A stretch of 64,000 nt of DNA from Stygiobacter sp. (GTDB taxonomy: Bacteria; Pseudomonadota; Alphaproteobacteria; Rhodospirillales; Magnetospirillaceae). The position numbers were made by a program, and so were the translations under genes. The notes under the pieces were generated by a model that saw only the letters and a program-made list of their open reading frames with translations, did not search any database and was not told where the DNA came from. This document shows, one piece after another, positions 49,915 to 59,212 of the stretch; positions within the stretch are counted from its first letter, which is position 1, and the number at the start of each line of letters is the position of its first letter. The stretch lies in the NCBI GenBank assembly GCA_006218045.1, contig VBWB01000004.1:139770-203769 (forward strand). Reading direction: 5' to 3'.

Positions 49915-49951
49915 TCAGTTATTCGGGACTGAAGTGAGGCTCTGGTAGCGG

Positions 49952-51049
49952 ATGACCAAAATGCGGAAGAAGTTGGGCATTGTGATCCTTGGTTGTGTCG
50001 CCGCCGCCGCCGGAGGCTGGTGGTATTTCGGCAGGAACGCGGCACCGCCGCCATCGGCGGGCGGGGCCATGGGGCCGGTCGCGGTCGAGGTGGCCAAGGT
50101 CACGGTGGGACCGATGGCGCGCGAGATCACCTCGGTCGGCAGCCTGCGCTCGGACGAGGCGGTGGTCATCCGCCCGGAGATCGCCGGGCGGGTCAAGGCC
50201 ATCGGCTTCGAGGAAGGCAGCCGGGTGACCAAAGGCCAGGTGCTGCTGCGGCTGGACGATTCGTCGCTGTCCGCCGATCTGGTGCAGGCCCAGGCCAATC
50301 TGGCCTTGTCGCGGGCCAATTCCGACCGCGCCGTGCGGCTGGCCGGGCAAGGCGCCGGGACCGAGCGCGCCCGCGACGAGGCCGAGGCCAAGTTACGCGT
50401 CGATCAGGCCAAGGTGGAACAGGCCCGCGTCCAATTGGACAAGACGGTGCTGGTGGCGCCCTTCGCCGGTACGGTGGGCTTGCGCACGATCAGCATCGGC
50501 GCCTATGTGCAGCCGGGCCAGGACATCGTCAATCTGGAAGCCACCGACCCGATCAAGGTGGATTTCCGTGTCCCGGAAATCTTTTCGGCGGTGATGCGCA
50601 CCGGCATCGAGCTGTCGATGACCACCGATTCCCATCCCGGGCGCCAGTTCATCGGCACCGTCTATGCCATCGACCCGGCGGTGGACCAGAACGGTCGGGC
50701 CATCGTCGTCCGCGCCCGTGTCGCCAATGCCGACGGTGCCTTGCGCCCCGGTCAGTTCGTCCGCCTGATGTTGAAGGTGGACGAAGTGGCCGAGGCCCTG
50801 ACCATCCCGGAAGAGGCGCTGGTGCCGCGCGGCCAGCAGATCATCGTCTTTCGCGTCGTCGACGGCAAGGCCCAGCCCGGCCCGGTCAAGACCGGACGTC
50901 GCGCCAGGGGGCTGGTGGAAGTCACCGAAGGCCTGAAAGCGGACGACACGGTGGTCACCGCCGGTCAGATGAAGCTGCGCCCCGGCGTGCCGGTGGCGGC
51001 GCCCGCACCAGCACCCGCACCAGCACCAGCACCCAAGAGCGGAGGCTGA
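49952..51049 (+). CDS. RND efflux periplasmic adaptor subunit
   Basis: N-terminal anchor, lipoyl-like PEIAGRV, APFAGTVG, ALRPGQF, Ala-Pro tail. Confidence 0.92.
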   Translation: MTKMRKKLGIVILGCVAAAAGGWWYFGRNAAPPPSAGGAMGPVAVEVAKVTVGPMAREITSVGSLRSDEAVVIRPEIAGRVKAIGFEEGSRVTKGQVLLRLDDSSLSADLVQAQANLALSRANSDRAVRLAGQGAGTERARDEAEAKLRVDQAKVEQARVQLDKTVLVAPFAGTVGLRTISIGAYVQPGQDIVNLEATDPIKVDFRVPEIFSAVMRTGIELSMTTDSHPGRQFIGTVYAIDPAVDQNGRAIVVRARVANADGALRPGQFVRLMLKVDEVAEALTIPEEALVPRGQQIIVFRVVDGKAQPGPVKTGRRARGLVEVTEGLKADDTVVTAGQMKLRPGVPVAAPAPAPAPAPAPKSGG

Positions 51050-51050
51050 C

Positions 51051-54000
51051 ATGCGTCTGCCCGAATTGTGCATCCGCCGTCCCGTCCTGGCGACGGTGAT
51101 GAGCCTGATGATCGTGCTGGTCGGTCTGGTCGCCTATGACCGCCTGCCGGTGCGCGAATATCCCAATATCGACGAACCGGTGGTCACCGTCGAAACCACC
51201 TATAAGGGCGCCTCGGCGGAGATCGTCGAGACCCAGGTCAGCAAGGTGTTGGAGGATTCCCTGGCCGGCATCGAGGGCATCGACGTGCTGTCGTCGCTGT
51301 CGCGTTCGGAAAGCAGCCAGATCACCATCCGCTTCAAGGTCACCCGCGACGCCGATTCGGCCGCCTCCGACGTGCGCGACCGCGTCGCCCGCGTGCGCGG
51401 CAAACTGCCCGAGGATGTGGAAGAACCGGTGATCGCCAAGGTCGAGGCCGACGCCCAGCCGATCATCTATCTGGCGTTCTCGTCCGACCGCCACGACGCC
51501 CTGTTCGTCTCCGATTATGCCTGGCGTTTCGTCCGTACCCGCTTGCAGAATCTGACCGGCGTCGCCGATATCCGCATTTTCGGAGAGCGCAAATACGCCA
51601 TGCGCATCTGGCTCGACCGGGTGCGCATGGCCGCCTACGGCATGACGCCGCAGGATGTGGAAAACGCGCTCAAGCGCCAGAACCTGGAAGTGCCGGCGGG
51701 CCGTATCGAATCGGCGGAACGCGAATTCACCGTGCTTTCGGAAACCGATCTGAAGACGCCGGAGCAGTTCAGCGCCATCATCCTGGCCGAAAGCAAGGGC
51801 TACCCCATCCGCCTGGGCGATATCGCCAAGGTCGAGATCGGGCCGCAGGACGAACGCCGGATCACCCGCTTCAACGGCTCGTCGGCGGTGGCCCTGGGGG
51901 TGGTCAAGCAATCGGTGGCCAATCCGCTCGACGTCTCCAGCGCCGTGCGCGGCGTATTGCCGGAAATCCGCGACAACCTGCCGGAGGGCATGAAGGTGGA
52001 CGTGGGCTACGACAGCTCGGTGTTCATCGAACGCTCCATCGAGGCGGTGTTTAGAACCATCGTCGAAGCGGTCATCCTGGTGGTGCTGGTCATCTTCTTC
52101 TTCCTGCGCACGGTGCGCGCCACCCTGATCCCGCTGGTCACCATTCCGGTGTCGCTGATCGGCGCCTTCGCCCTGATGTACGTCTTGGGCTTCACCATCA
52201 ACACCCTGACCCTGCTGTCCATGGTGCTGGCCATCGGTCTGGTGGTCGACGACGCCATCGTCGTCCTGGAAAACATCTTCCGCCACATCGAAGAGGGGGT
52301 GGAGCCGATCAAGGCGGCCATGGACGGCTCGCGCGAGATCGCTTTCGCCGTCATCGCCATGACCATCACCCTGGCCGCCGTCTATGTGCCCTTGGCCTTC
52401 ATGACCGGGCGCACCGGCAAATTGTTCGTGGAATTCGCCCTGACCCTGGCGGCGGCGGTGATGGTGTCGGGCTTCGCCGCCCTGACCTTGTCGCCGATGA
52501 TGTGCTCGCGCCTGTTGCGGCACGAGACCAAGCATTCCCGCATCTACCTGCTGATCGAGAACTTCCTGGAGGGCATGACCGCCGGCTATCGCCGGGTGCT
52601 GGGCCGGTCGTTGGCCAAGCGCGCCGGCATCGTCATCCTGGGCGGCGCGGTGGCGGTATCGGCGGTGTTCCTGTTCGGCTCGCTCAAATCCGAGCTGACG
52701 CCGACCGAGGATCGCGGCACCGTGGTGGTCATCGGCATCGGCCCAGAGGGGGCGACCATCGGCAATATCGACAGATATTCCCGCATGGTCGAACGCTTCA
52801 TCGCCGACGTGCCGGTGGTGGAACGCTATTTCGTCATCACCGGCGTGCCCGTGGTCAACCAGATGCTGGCTTTCGTCCGCATCAAGGATTGGAGCGAACG
52901 CAGCACCTCGCAGATGAAAGTGGCCAGCGGCCTGATGCCCAAGCTGATGAGCGTGCCCGGTATGCTGGCCTTCGCCGTCAACCCGCCGTCCTTGGGCGAA
53001 AAAGCATCGTCCAAGCCGTTGCAGGTGGTCATCCAGACCGCCGGCACCTATGAGGATCTGCAAAAGGTCAACGACGCCTTCATGGCCGAGGCCATGAAGA
53101 TTCCCGGCCTGATCAGCCTGGATTCCGATCTCAAGCTCAACAAGCCGCAAATCAAGGTGGCCATGGACCGCGACCGCATCTCGGATATCGGCTCGTCGGT
53201 GGAGGTGGTCGGACGCACCTTGGAAACCATGCTGGGCGGGCGTCAGGTCACCCGCTTCAAGCGCGAAGGCGAGCAATACGACGTCATCGTCCAGGTGGCC
53301 GATGTCGACCGCCGCAATCCCAACGACATGACCAACATCTATGTGCGCGGCGACAAGGGCGACATGGTGCAATTGTCCAACCTGCTCAGCCTGCATGAAG
53401 GCGTCGCCGCCCGCGAACTCAACCACTTCAACCAGTTGCGCGCAGCCACCATCAGCGCCAATCTGGCGCCGGGCTATACCATGGGTCAGGCGGTGAACGA
53501 GTTGGAAGCCATCGCCGCCCGCGTGCTGCCGGGCAATTCGCAATTGGATTACAACGGTCCGTCGCGCGAGTTCAAAACGTCGAGCTCGGCCATGTGGGTG
53601 ACCTTCGCCCTGGCGCTTTTGTTCATCTATCTGGTGCTGGCGGCGCAGTTCGAAAGCTTCGTCGATCCGTTCGTCATCATGCTGACCGTGCCGTTGTCCA
53701 TGGCCGGCGCCCTGGCGGCGCTCAAGCTGACCGGCGGCACCATCAACGTCTACAGCCAGATCGGTCTGGTGACGCTGATCGGTCTGATCACCAAGCACGG
53801 CATTTTGATCGTCGAGTTTTCCAACCAGTTGCGCGACCAGGGCAAACCGATGGTGGAAGCGGTGGTGGAAGCCGCGGCCTTGCGCCTGCGCCCCATCCTG
53901 ATGACCACCGGGGCCATGGTGCTGGGTGCCATCCCCCTGGCCTTGGCCCATGGCGCCGGCGCCGAAAGCCGCCAGCAGATCGGCTGGGTCATCGTCGGCG

Positions 54001-54116
54001 GCATCACGGTCGGCACCTTTTTCACCCTGTTCGTGGTGCCGGTGGCCTATACCCTGCTGGCCAAGAAGACCCGGCATGGCCAAGCGGTGGCCTCACAGGG
54101 TGAGGAACAGGAATGA
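51051..54116 (+). CDS. RND efflux permease (AcrB/MdtB family)
   Basis: IRRPVLA, GLVVDDAIVVLEN, RLRPILMTT, 12-TM architecture. Confidence 0.95.
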   Translation: MRLPELCIRRPVLATVMSLMIVLVGLVAYDRLPVREYPNIDEPVVTVETTYKGASAEIVETQVSKVLEDSLAGIEGIDVLSSLSRSESSQITIRFKVTRDADSAASDVRDRVARVRGKLPEDVEEPVIAKVEADAQPIIYLAFSSDRHDALFVSDYAWRFVRTRLQNLTGVADIRIFGERKYAMRIWLDRVRMAAYGMTPQDVENALKRQNLEVPAGRIESAEREFTVLSETDLKTPEQFSAIILAESKGYPIRLGDIAKVEIGPQDERRITRFNGSSAVALGVVKQSVANPLDVSSAVRGVLPEIRDNLPEGMKVDVGYDSSVFIERSIEAVFRTIVEAVILVVLVIFFFLRTVRATLIPLVTIPVSLIGAFALMYVLGFTINTLTLLSMVLAIGLVVDDAIVVLENIFRHIEEGVEPIKAAMDGSREIAFAVIAMTITLAAVYVPLAFMTGRTGKLFVEFALTLAAAVMVSGFAALTLSPMMCSRLLRHETKHSRIYLLIENFLEGMTAGYRRVLGRSLAKRAGIVILGGAVAVSAVFLFGSLKSELTPTEDRGTVVVIGIGPEGATIGNIDRYSRMVERFIADVPVVERYFVITGVPVVNQMLAFVRIKDWSERSTSQMKVASGLMPKLMSVPGMLAFAVNPPSLGEKASSKPLQVVIQTAGTYEDLQKVNDAFMAEAMKIPGLISLDSDLKLNKPQIKVAMDRDRISDIGSSVEVVGRTLETMLGGRQVTRFKREGEQYDVIVQVADVDRRNPNDMTNIYVRGDKGDMVQLSNLLSLHEGVAARELNHFNQLRAATISANLAPGYTMGQAVNELEAIAARVLPGNSQLDYNGPSREFKTSSSAMWVTFALALLFIYLVLAAQFESFVDPFVIMLTVPLSMAGALAALKLTGGTINVYSQIGLVTLIGLITKHGILIVEFSNQLRDQGKPMVEAVVEAAALRLRPILMTTGAMVLGAIPLALAHGAGAESRQQIGWVIVGGITVGTFFTLFVVPVAYTLLAKKTRHGQAVASQGEEQE

Positions 54117-54254
54117 CGAGACGATCAGCGTCGAGACAATGACCAACAACAAGGCCTTGGTTCCCAAGGCCTTGTTGCGTTTCAGCTGGGCCGCGGTGAA
54201 CAAGATGGCGACGGTCATGAAGGCCAGGGTGATCTGTGCCTCGTTCACTTGCAT
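54093..54254 (-). CDS. Putative 53-aa two-TM small membrane protein (absent from the ORF track)
   Basis: MQVNEAQITLAFMTVAILFTAAQLKRNKALGTKALLLVIVSTLIVSSFLFLTL. GGGAG upstream, host-like codons, alternative GTG start at 54248. Confidence 0.65.
   Translation of the reverse strand: MQVNEAQITLAFMTVAILFTAAQLKRNKALGTKALLLVIVSTLIVSSFLFLTL
54147..54177. terminator. Perfect 14-bp hairpin downstream of the RND operon, inside the small ORF
   Basis: CAACAAGGCCTTGG-TTC-CCAAGGCCTTGTTG. Confidence 0.55.
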
Positions 54255-54331
54255 TCTCCCGCATCAAAACGATACTCGACAGCCTGACCAGTTGGGGCGC
54301 GGATTTCTCTGACCCTGATCAATCGTCATCA

Positions 54332-54367
54332 ACACAAAACAAAAACGCCCCGCTTGCGCGAGGCGTT
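54332..54367 (-). terminator. Intrinsic terminator of mucR
   Basis: AACGCC...GGCGTT stem followed on the minus strand by TTTGTTTTGTGTT. Confidence 0.7.
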
Positions 54368-54396
54368 CCGTCCGGCCCGAAAATGGGGGCTGCGGC

Positions 54397-54867
54397 TTAC
54401 TTGGTGGTCTTGCGCCGCGCCGGGACGGTCACGGCCTTTTCCTCGGTTTCGGCGACCTTGCGGCCCAGGCCGATCTTTTTGGCGAAATCGGAACGCTGGG
54501 CGGCGTAATTGGGCGCCACCATGGGATAGTCGGGCGGCAGGCCCCACTTGGCCCGGTATTCGTCCGGGGTCATGCTGTAGGTGGTGCGCAGATGGCGCTT
54601 CAGCATCTTCAGCTTCTTGCCGTCTTCCAGACAGACGATGTAATCGGGATGCACCGACTTCTTCACCGAAATGGCCGGCTTGGGCGCTTCACTCTTGGTT
54701 TCCACCGGGGCGCCGTCAAGGGCGGCCAGCGAGTTGTACACGGTGTTGATGATCTCGGGGATCTGACCGGCAGGCAACGGATTGTTGCTGACATAGGCAG
54801 AAACCACGTCGACGGCCATACGCAAAATGTCATCGTGGCTGATCTTGTCGGAGATATTGTCGGTCAT
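54397..54867 (-). CDS. mucR: Ros/MucR-family transcriptional regulator (H-NS-like)
   Basis: VSAYVSNN, PAISVKKSVHPDYIVCLEDGKKLKMLKRHL, WGLPPDYPMVAPNYA..RS. Confidence 0.93.
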   Translation of the reverse strand: MTDNISDKISHDDILRMAVDVVSAYVSNNPLPAGQIPEIINTVYNSLAALDGAPVETKSEAPKPAISVKKSVHPDYIVCLEDGKKLKMLKRHLRTTYSMTPDEYRAKWGLPPDYPMVAPNYAAQRSDFAKKIGLGRKVAETEEKAVTVPARRKTTK

Positions 54868-55197
54868 GATCTTGGTCCGGCACTCGGTTATTTCCCTTAG
54901 GTTGATAATGAACGCATGACTGGTCTTTTGAGTCAATTCCATTTTGATGACGGTGAATAACGAGTTCTTGCCATGATTGGGGGGATCAGTAAAAGCCCCT
55001 AGCTATTGGTCAGGGGGGGGAATACTGAACAAAGGATATTTTCACCAATGTTTGATGGCAACCGCGAGCATCCGGCCGCTTGGACGACACTTCCCCCGTA
55101 CCCGGCGAATACCCCATGAGTTGGTGGCGCATTGGCAAGCCGTGCGGACATATGGTATGTAGCCCATCTGTGTGACGAAAATATCGGAACCCCGGTC

Positions 55198-55647
55198 ATG
55201 ACCAAGGACATCATCGCGCTTGCTTCCGATCACGGCGGCCTGGAAATGAAGGCCATGATGGCCGCCTTGTTGCAGGAAAAGGGATTCGGGGTTCTGGACC
55301 TCGGCACCCATGACGGCCAGTCGGTGGACTATCCCGATTTCGCCGTCTCCATGGCCCAGGCGCTGAAGGATGGCCGCGCGTCGCGCGGTATTCTGATGTG
55401 TGGCAGCGGCATCGGCATTTCCATCGCCGCCAACCGTTTCGCCCATGTGCGCGCGGCTTTGGTCCATGATTCCTATGGTGCGCGCATGTGCCGCCTGCAC
55501 AACGACGCCAATGTCCTGGTCCTGGGCGGGCGCACCACCGGCCCGGAAGTGGCCAGGGAATGCGTCGAGATTTTCCTCGCCACTCCATTTGAAGGCGGCC
55601 GCCACGCGCGCCGCGTCGCCAAACTGGCCGAAAACGGTCAAGCCTGA
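55198..55647 (+). CDS. rpiB: Ribose-5-phosphate isomerase B
   Basis: ASDHGG, SVDYPDF, CGSGIGISIAANR, HNDANVL, FEGGRH.RRV. Confidence 0.95.
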   Translation: MTKDIIALASDHGGLEMKAMMAALLQEKGFGVLDLGTHDGQSVDYPDFAVSMAQALKDGRASRGILMCGSGIGISIAANRFAHVRAALVHDSYGARMCRLHNDANVLVLGGRTTGPEVARECVEIFLATPFEGGRHARRVAKLAENGQA

Positions 55648-55703
55648 AACCGGCCGAAAGCGGCCGAGCCTGAAGCCGACATTGCTCTAACGAAAGTCCG
55701 ACG

Positions 55704-56981
55704 ATGACCAATACAGACGCCTTCTTCCGCACCTCCTTGGCCGACAGCGATGCCGACGTGTTCGCCGCCATTTCCAAGGAATTGTCGCGCCAGCAAGACC
55801 AGATCGAGCTGATCGCGTCGGAAAACATCGTGTCGCGGGCGGTTCTGGAAGCCCAGGGCTCGGTGCTGACCAACAAGTATGCCGAAGGTTATCCGGGCAA
55901 GCGCTATTACGGTGGTTGCGAGTTCGTCGACATCGTCGAGAAACTGGCCATCGACCGCGCCTGTCAGCTGTTCGGCTGCTCTTTCGCCAATGTTCAGCCC
56001 AGCTCGGGCTCGCAGGCCAATCAGGGCGTGTTCATGGCGCTGTTGCAGCCCGGCGACACCATCATGGGCATGAGCCTCGCCGCCGGCGGCCACCTGACCC
56101 ATGGCGCCGCCCCCAACCAGTCGGGCAAGTGGTTCAAGGCCATCCAGTACGGCGTGCGCCTGCAAGACGCCCGCGTCGATTTCGACGAAGTGGAAGCCCT
56201 GGCCAAGGAACACAAGCCCAAGCTGATCATCGCCGGCGGCTCGGCCTATCCGCGTGAGATCGACTTCGCCCGTTTCCGCCGGATCGCCGACGAGGTGGGC
56301 GCCCTGTTCATGGTCGACATGGCCCATTTCGCCGGTCTGGTCGCCGGCGGCGCCTATCCCAGCCCGTTCCCCCATGCCCATGTGGTCACCACCACCACCC
56401 ACAAGACCTTGCGCGGTCCCCGTGGCGGCATGATCCTGACCAATGACGAAGGCATCGCCAAGAAGATCAACTCGGCCATTTTCCCGGGCATCCAGGGCGG
56501 TCCGCTGATGCATGTCATCGCCGGCAAGGCGGTGGCCTTCGGCGAGGCGCTGCGCCCCGATTTCAAGGATTATGCCCATCAGGTGGTCGCCAATGCCCGC
56601 GCTCTGGCCGACACCTTGGTGCGCCGTGGCTTGGCCATCGTCTCCGGCGGCACCGATTCGCATCTGATGCTGGTCGACCTGCGGCCGAAGCAGCTGACCG
56701 GCAAGGCGGCGGAAGCCAGCCTGGAACATGCCGGCATGACCTGCAACAAGAACGGCATTCCCTTCGACCCGGAAAAGCCGACCATCACCTCGGGCGTGCG
56801 CCTGGGCACGCCGGCGGCGACCACCCGCGGCTTCGGTGTTGCCGAATTCATCAAGGTGGGCGAGTTGATCGGCGACGTCCTCGACGGTCTGGCCGCCAAT
56901 CCGGAAGACAATTCGGCGGCGGAACAAAAGGCCCGGGCTGAAGTGGCTGAGTTGTGCCGCCGGTTCCCGATCTATCAATAA
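55704..56981 (+). CDS. glyA: Serine hydroxymethyltransferase
   Basis: [35 protein letters not shown]. Confidence 0.97.
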   Translation: MTNTDAFFRTSLADSDADVFAAISKELSRQQDQIELIASENIVSRAVLEAQGSVLTNKYAEGYPGKRYYGGCEFVDIVEKLAIDRACQLFGCSFANVQPSSGSQANQGVFMALLQPGDTIMGMSLAAGGHLTHGAAPNQSGKWFKAIQYGVRLQDARVDFDEVEALAKEHKPKLIIAGGSAYPREIDFARFRRIADEVGALFMVDMAHFAGLVAGGAYPSPFPHAHVVTTTTHKTLRGPRGGMILTNDEGIAKKINSAIFPGIQGGPLMHVIAGKAVAFGEALRPDFKDYAHQVVANARALADTLVRRGLAIVSGGTDSHLMLVDLRPKQLTGKAAEASLEHAGMTCNKNGIPFDPEKPTITSGVRLGTPAATTRGFGVAEFIKVGELIGDVLDGLAANPEDNSAAEQKARAEVAELCRRFPIYQ

Positions 56982-56991
56982 CCAAAAAATG

Positions 56992-57024
56992 CCGGAGCCT
57001 TGGACCAACCAAGGCTCCGGTCTT
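56992..57024 (+). terminator. Hairpin after glyA
   Basis: CCGGAGCCTTGG-ACCAA-CCAAGGCTCCGG followed by TCTT. Confidence 0.65.
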
Positions 57025-57043
57025 CCATGTGGGGGAGTGACGT

Positions 57044-57511
57044 ATGCGCTGTCCATTTTGTGGCCACGACGATACCCAGGTGAAGGATTCGCGTCCGACC
57101 GAGGATAATTCAGCCATCCGTCGTCGCCGCTCCTGCCCGGAATGCGGCTCGCGCTTCACCACCTTCGAGCGGGTGCAAATTCGTGATCTGGTGGTCATCA
57201 AGAAGGATGGCTCGCGCTCGCCCTTCGATCGCGACAAATTGCTGAAGTCGCTGCGCATCGCGCTTCGGAAGCGCCCGGTCGAGGAAGAGCAGGTCGAACG
57301 CATCGCCAACGGCATCCATCGCCGTCTGGAAAGCATGGGCGAAAACGAAGTGCCGTCCAAATATATCGGCGAGTTGGTGATGGATGTCCTGATGGACCTG
57401 GACAAGGTCGCCTATGTCCGTTACGCCTCGGTCTACCGCAACTTCCGCGAAGCCAAGGACTTCGAGGATTTCCTGGGAAAGATGGTCGGTGGCGATAACG
57501 ACGATCTCTGA
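57044..57511 (+). CDS. nrdR: Transcriptional repressor NrdR
   Basis: [29 protein letters not shown] cone, [10 protein letters not shown]. Confidence 0.96.
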   Translation: MRCPFCGHDDTQVKDSRPTEDNSAIRRRRSCPECGSRFTTFERVQIRDLVVIKKDGSRSPFDRDKLLKSLRIALRKRPVEEEQVERIANGIHRRLESMGENEVPSKYIGELVMDVLMDLDKVAYVRYASVYRNFREAKDFEDFLGKMVGGDNDDL

Positions 57512-58601
57512 CGGCGACCGCGCCCATATGCGTGCCGCGCTGGCCCTGGCCAAGCGCGGACTGGGCAACGTCTGGCCTAATCCCGCCGTCGGCTGCGTCA
57601 TCGTCGCCGACGGTCGTGTCGTCGGCCGTGGCTGGACCCAGCCGGGCGGCCGTCCCCATGCCGAAACCGAAGCCCTGGCCATGGCCGGCGAGCAGGCGCG
57701 CGGCGGCACCGCCTATGTGACGCTGGAGCCCTGTTCCCACCACGGCAAGACCCCGCCTTGCGCCGAGGCCCTGGTCGCCGCCGGCATCCGCCGGGTCGTG
57801 GTGGCCATCCAGGACCCCGATCCCCGCGTCGCCGGTCGCGGCATCGCCCTGTTGCAGGCTGCCGGGCTGAGTGTGGTCACCGGGGTGATGGCGGCGGAAG
57901 CGGCGGAACTGAACGCCGGATTTTTGTCGAAAATCACCCGTGGCCGTCCGCTGGTCACCGTCAAGCTGGCCACCACCTTGGATGGCCGCATCGCCACCCA
58001 TGGTGGTGAAAGCCGCTGGATCACCGGCGCCGCCGCCCGTCAGGCCGGTCACCTGCTGCGGGCGGAAACCGACGCCATCATGGTCGGCAGCGGCACCGTG
58101 CTGGCCGACGACCCGGAACTGACCTGCCGCTTGCCCGGCCTGTCCGAACGTTCACCCGTGCGCATCGTTGTCGATGGCCGTCTGCGCCTGCCCTTGACCA
58201 GCAAGCTGGTCAGCACCGCCAACGATGTGGCCACCTGGGTTCTGACCCAGGAAGGGGCTGAACAGGACCGCCGTGAGGCGTACGAGGAATCCGGCGTCGA
58301 CGTGGTCGAATTGCCCGCCAACGATCAGGGGCTGGACCTTGATCAGGCCATGCGGGTCCTGGGCGAAAGCGGCATCACCCGCGTGTTGGTGGAAGGCGGC
58401 GCCCATCTGACCGCCACCTTGCTGCGTCAGGGGCTGGTCGACCGGCTGGTGTGGTTCCGCGCCGCCCGCATCATGGGCGGCGATGGCTTGCCGGCGGCGG
58501 TGTCGTTCGGCGTCGATCATCTGTCGCAAATGCCAGGTTTCGAGTGTGTGGATGTCCGCCGCATCGGTCAGGATATTGTCGAAAACTACCGAAAAATCTG
58601 A
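57489..58601 (+). CDS. ribD: Bifunctional riboflavin deaminase/reductase RibD (start uncertain)
   Basis: PNPAVGC, PHAE, TLEPCSH.GKTPPC, LDGRIA, VEGG. Confidence 0.94.
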   Translation: MAITTISDGDRAHMRAALALAKRGLGNVWPNPAVGCVIVADGRVVGRGWTQPGGRPHAETEALAMAGEQARGGTAYVTLEPCSHHGKTPPCAEALVAAGIRRVVVAIQDPDPRVAGRGIALLQAAGLSVVTGVMAAEAAELNAGFLSKITRGRPLVTVKLATTLDGRIATHGGESRWITGAAARQAGHLLRAETDAIMVGSGTVLADDPELTCRLPGLSERSPVRIVVDGRLRLPLTSKLVSTANDVATWVLTQEGAEQDRREAYEESGVDVVELPANDQGLDLDQAMRVLGESGITRVLVEGGAHLTATLLRQGLVDRLVWFRAARIMGGDGLPAAVSFGVDHLSQMPGFECVDVRRIGQDIVENYRKI

Positions 58602-58614
58602 GGAGTAGCGGCCG

Positions 58615-59208
58615 ATGTTCACCGGCATCGTCACCGATTTGGGCGAAATTCGCCGCGTTGTCCGCGACAAGGGCAAGGAAACCCGTTTTGAGATCAAAAC
58701 GGTCTATGGCCTCGATGGTATCGATATCGGCGCCTCCATCGCCCATAACGGTGTCTGCCTGACCATTGTCGACAAGGGCGTTGATTGGTACGCGGTCGAG
58801 GTGTCGGCGGAAAGCATTTCCAAGACCACCTTGGGGGATTGGAGCGAAGGCGGGCGCATCAACCTGGAACGCGCCATGAAGGTGGGCGACGAGTTGGGCG
58901 GCCACATCGTTTCCGGCCATGTGGACGGCGTCGCCACCGTCATTTCCATCACCGATGAAAACGAATCCAGGCGCTTCGTCTTTGAAGCCCCTGAAAACCT
59001 TGCCAAATTCGTTGCCCCCAAGGGCAGCGTGGCGCTGGACGGCGTGTCGTTGACGGTCAATGAGGTTGACGGACGGCGTTTCGGTATCAATGTGATACCG
59101 CATACCCAGGCGGTGACCACCTTCGGCCGTTTGCGCCAAGGCGACCGCGTTAACATGGAAATCGACATGCTGGCCCGGTATGTCGCCCGGCTTCTCGACA
59201 AGGAATAG
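58615..59208 (+). CDS. ribE: Riboflavin synthase (alpha)
   Basis: MFTGIV, SIAHNGVCLT, GGHIVSGHVDG, GSVALDGVSLTVN. Confidence 0.95.
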   Translation: MFTGIVTDLGEIRRVVRDKGKETRFEIKTVYGLDGIDIGASIAHNGVCLTIVDKGVDWYAVEVSAESISKTTLGDWSEGGRINLERAMKVGDELGGHIVSGHVDGVATVISITDENESRRFVFEAPENLAKFVAPKGSVALDGVSLTVNEVDGRRFGINVIPHTQAVTTFGRLRQGDRVNMEIDMLARYVARLLDKE

Positions 59209-59212
59209 GCCC

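Noticed and set aside
51001-51032. GCACC(A/C) tandem repeat
   Set aside because: In-frame hexamer encoding an ordinary Ala-Pro tail of the adaptor protein.
50955-54083. 1042-aa minus-strand ORF, and similar long antisense ORFs (44324-46414, 37555-39699, 24354-26798, 59150-61153, 35834-37558, 47951-49852, 15036-17042)
   Set aside because: Shadow frames opposite well-supported genes. High GC3 suppresses stops on the antisense strand and the translations show no motifs.
57021-57530. Possible FMN riboswitch ahead of the rib genes
   Set aside because: There is no leader space. nrdR and ribD overlap and I see no RFN-like conserved segments.
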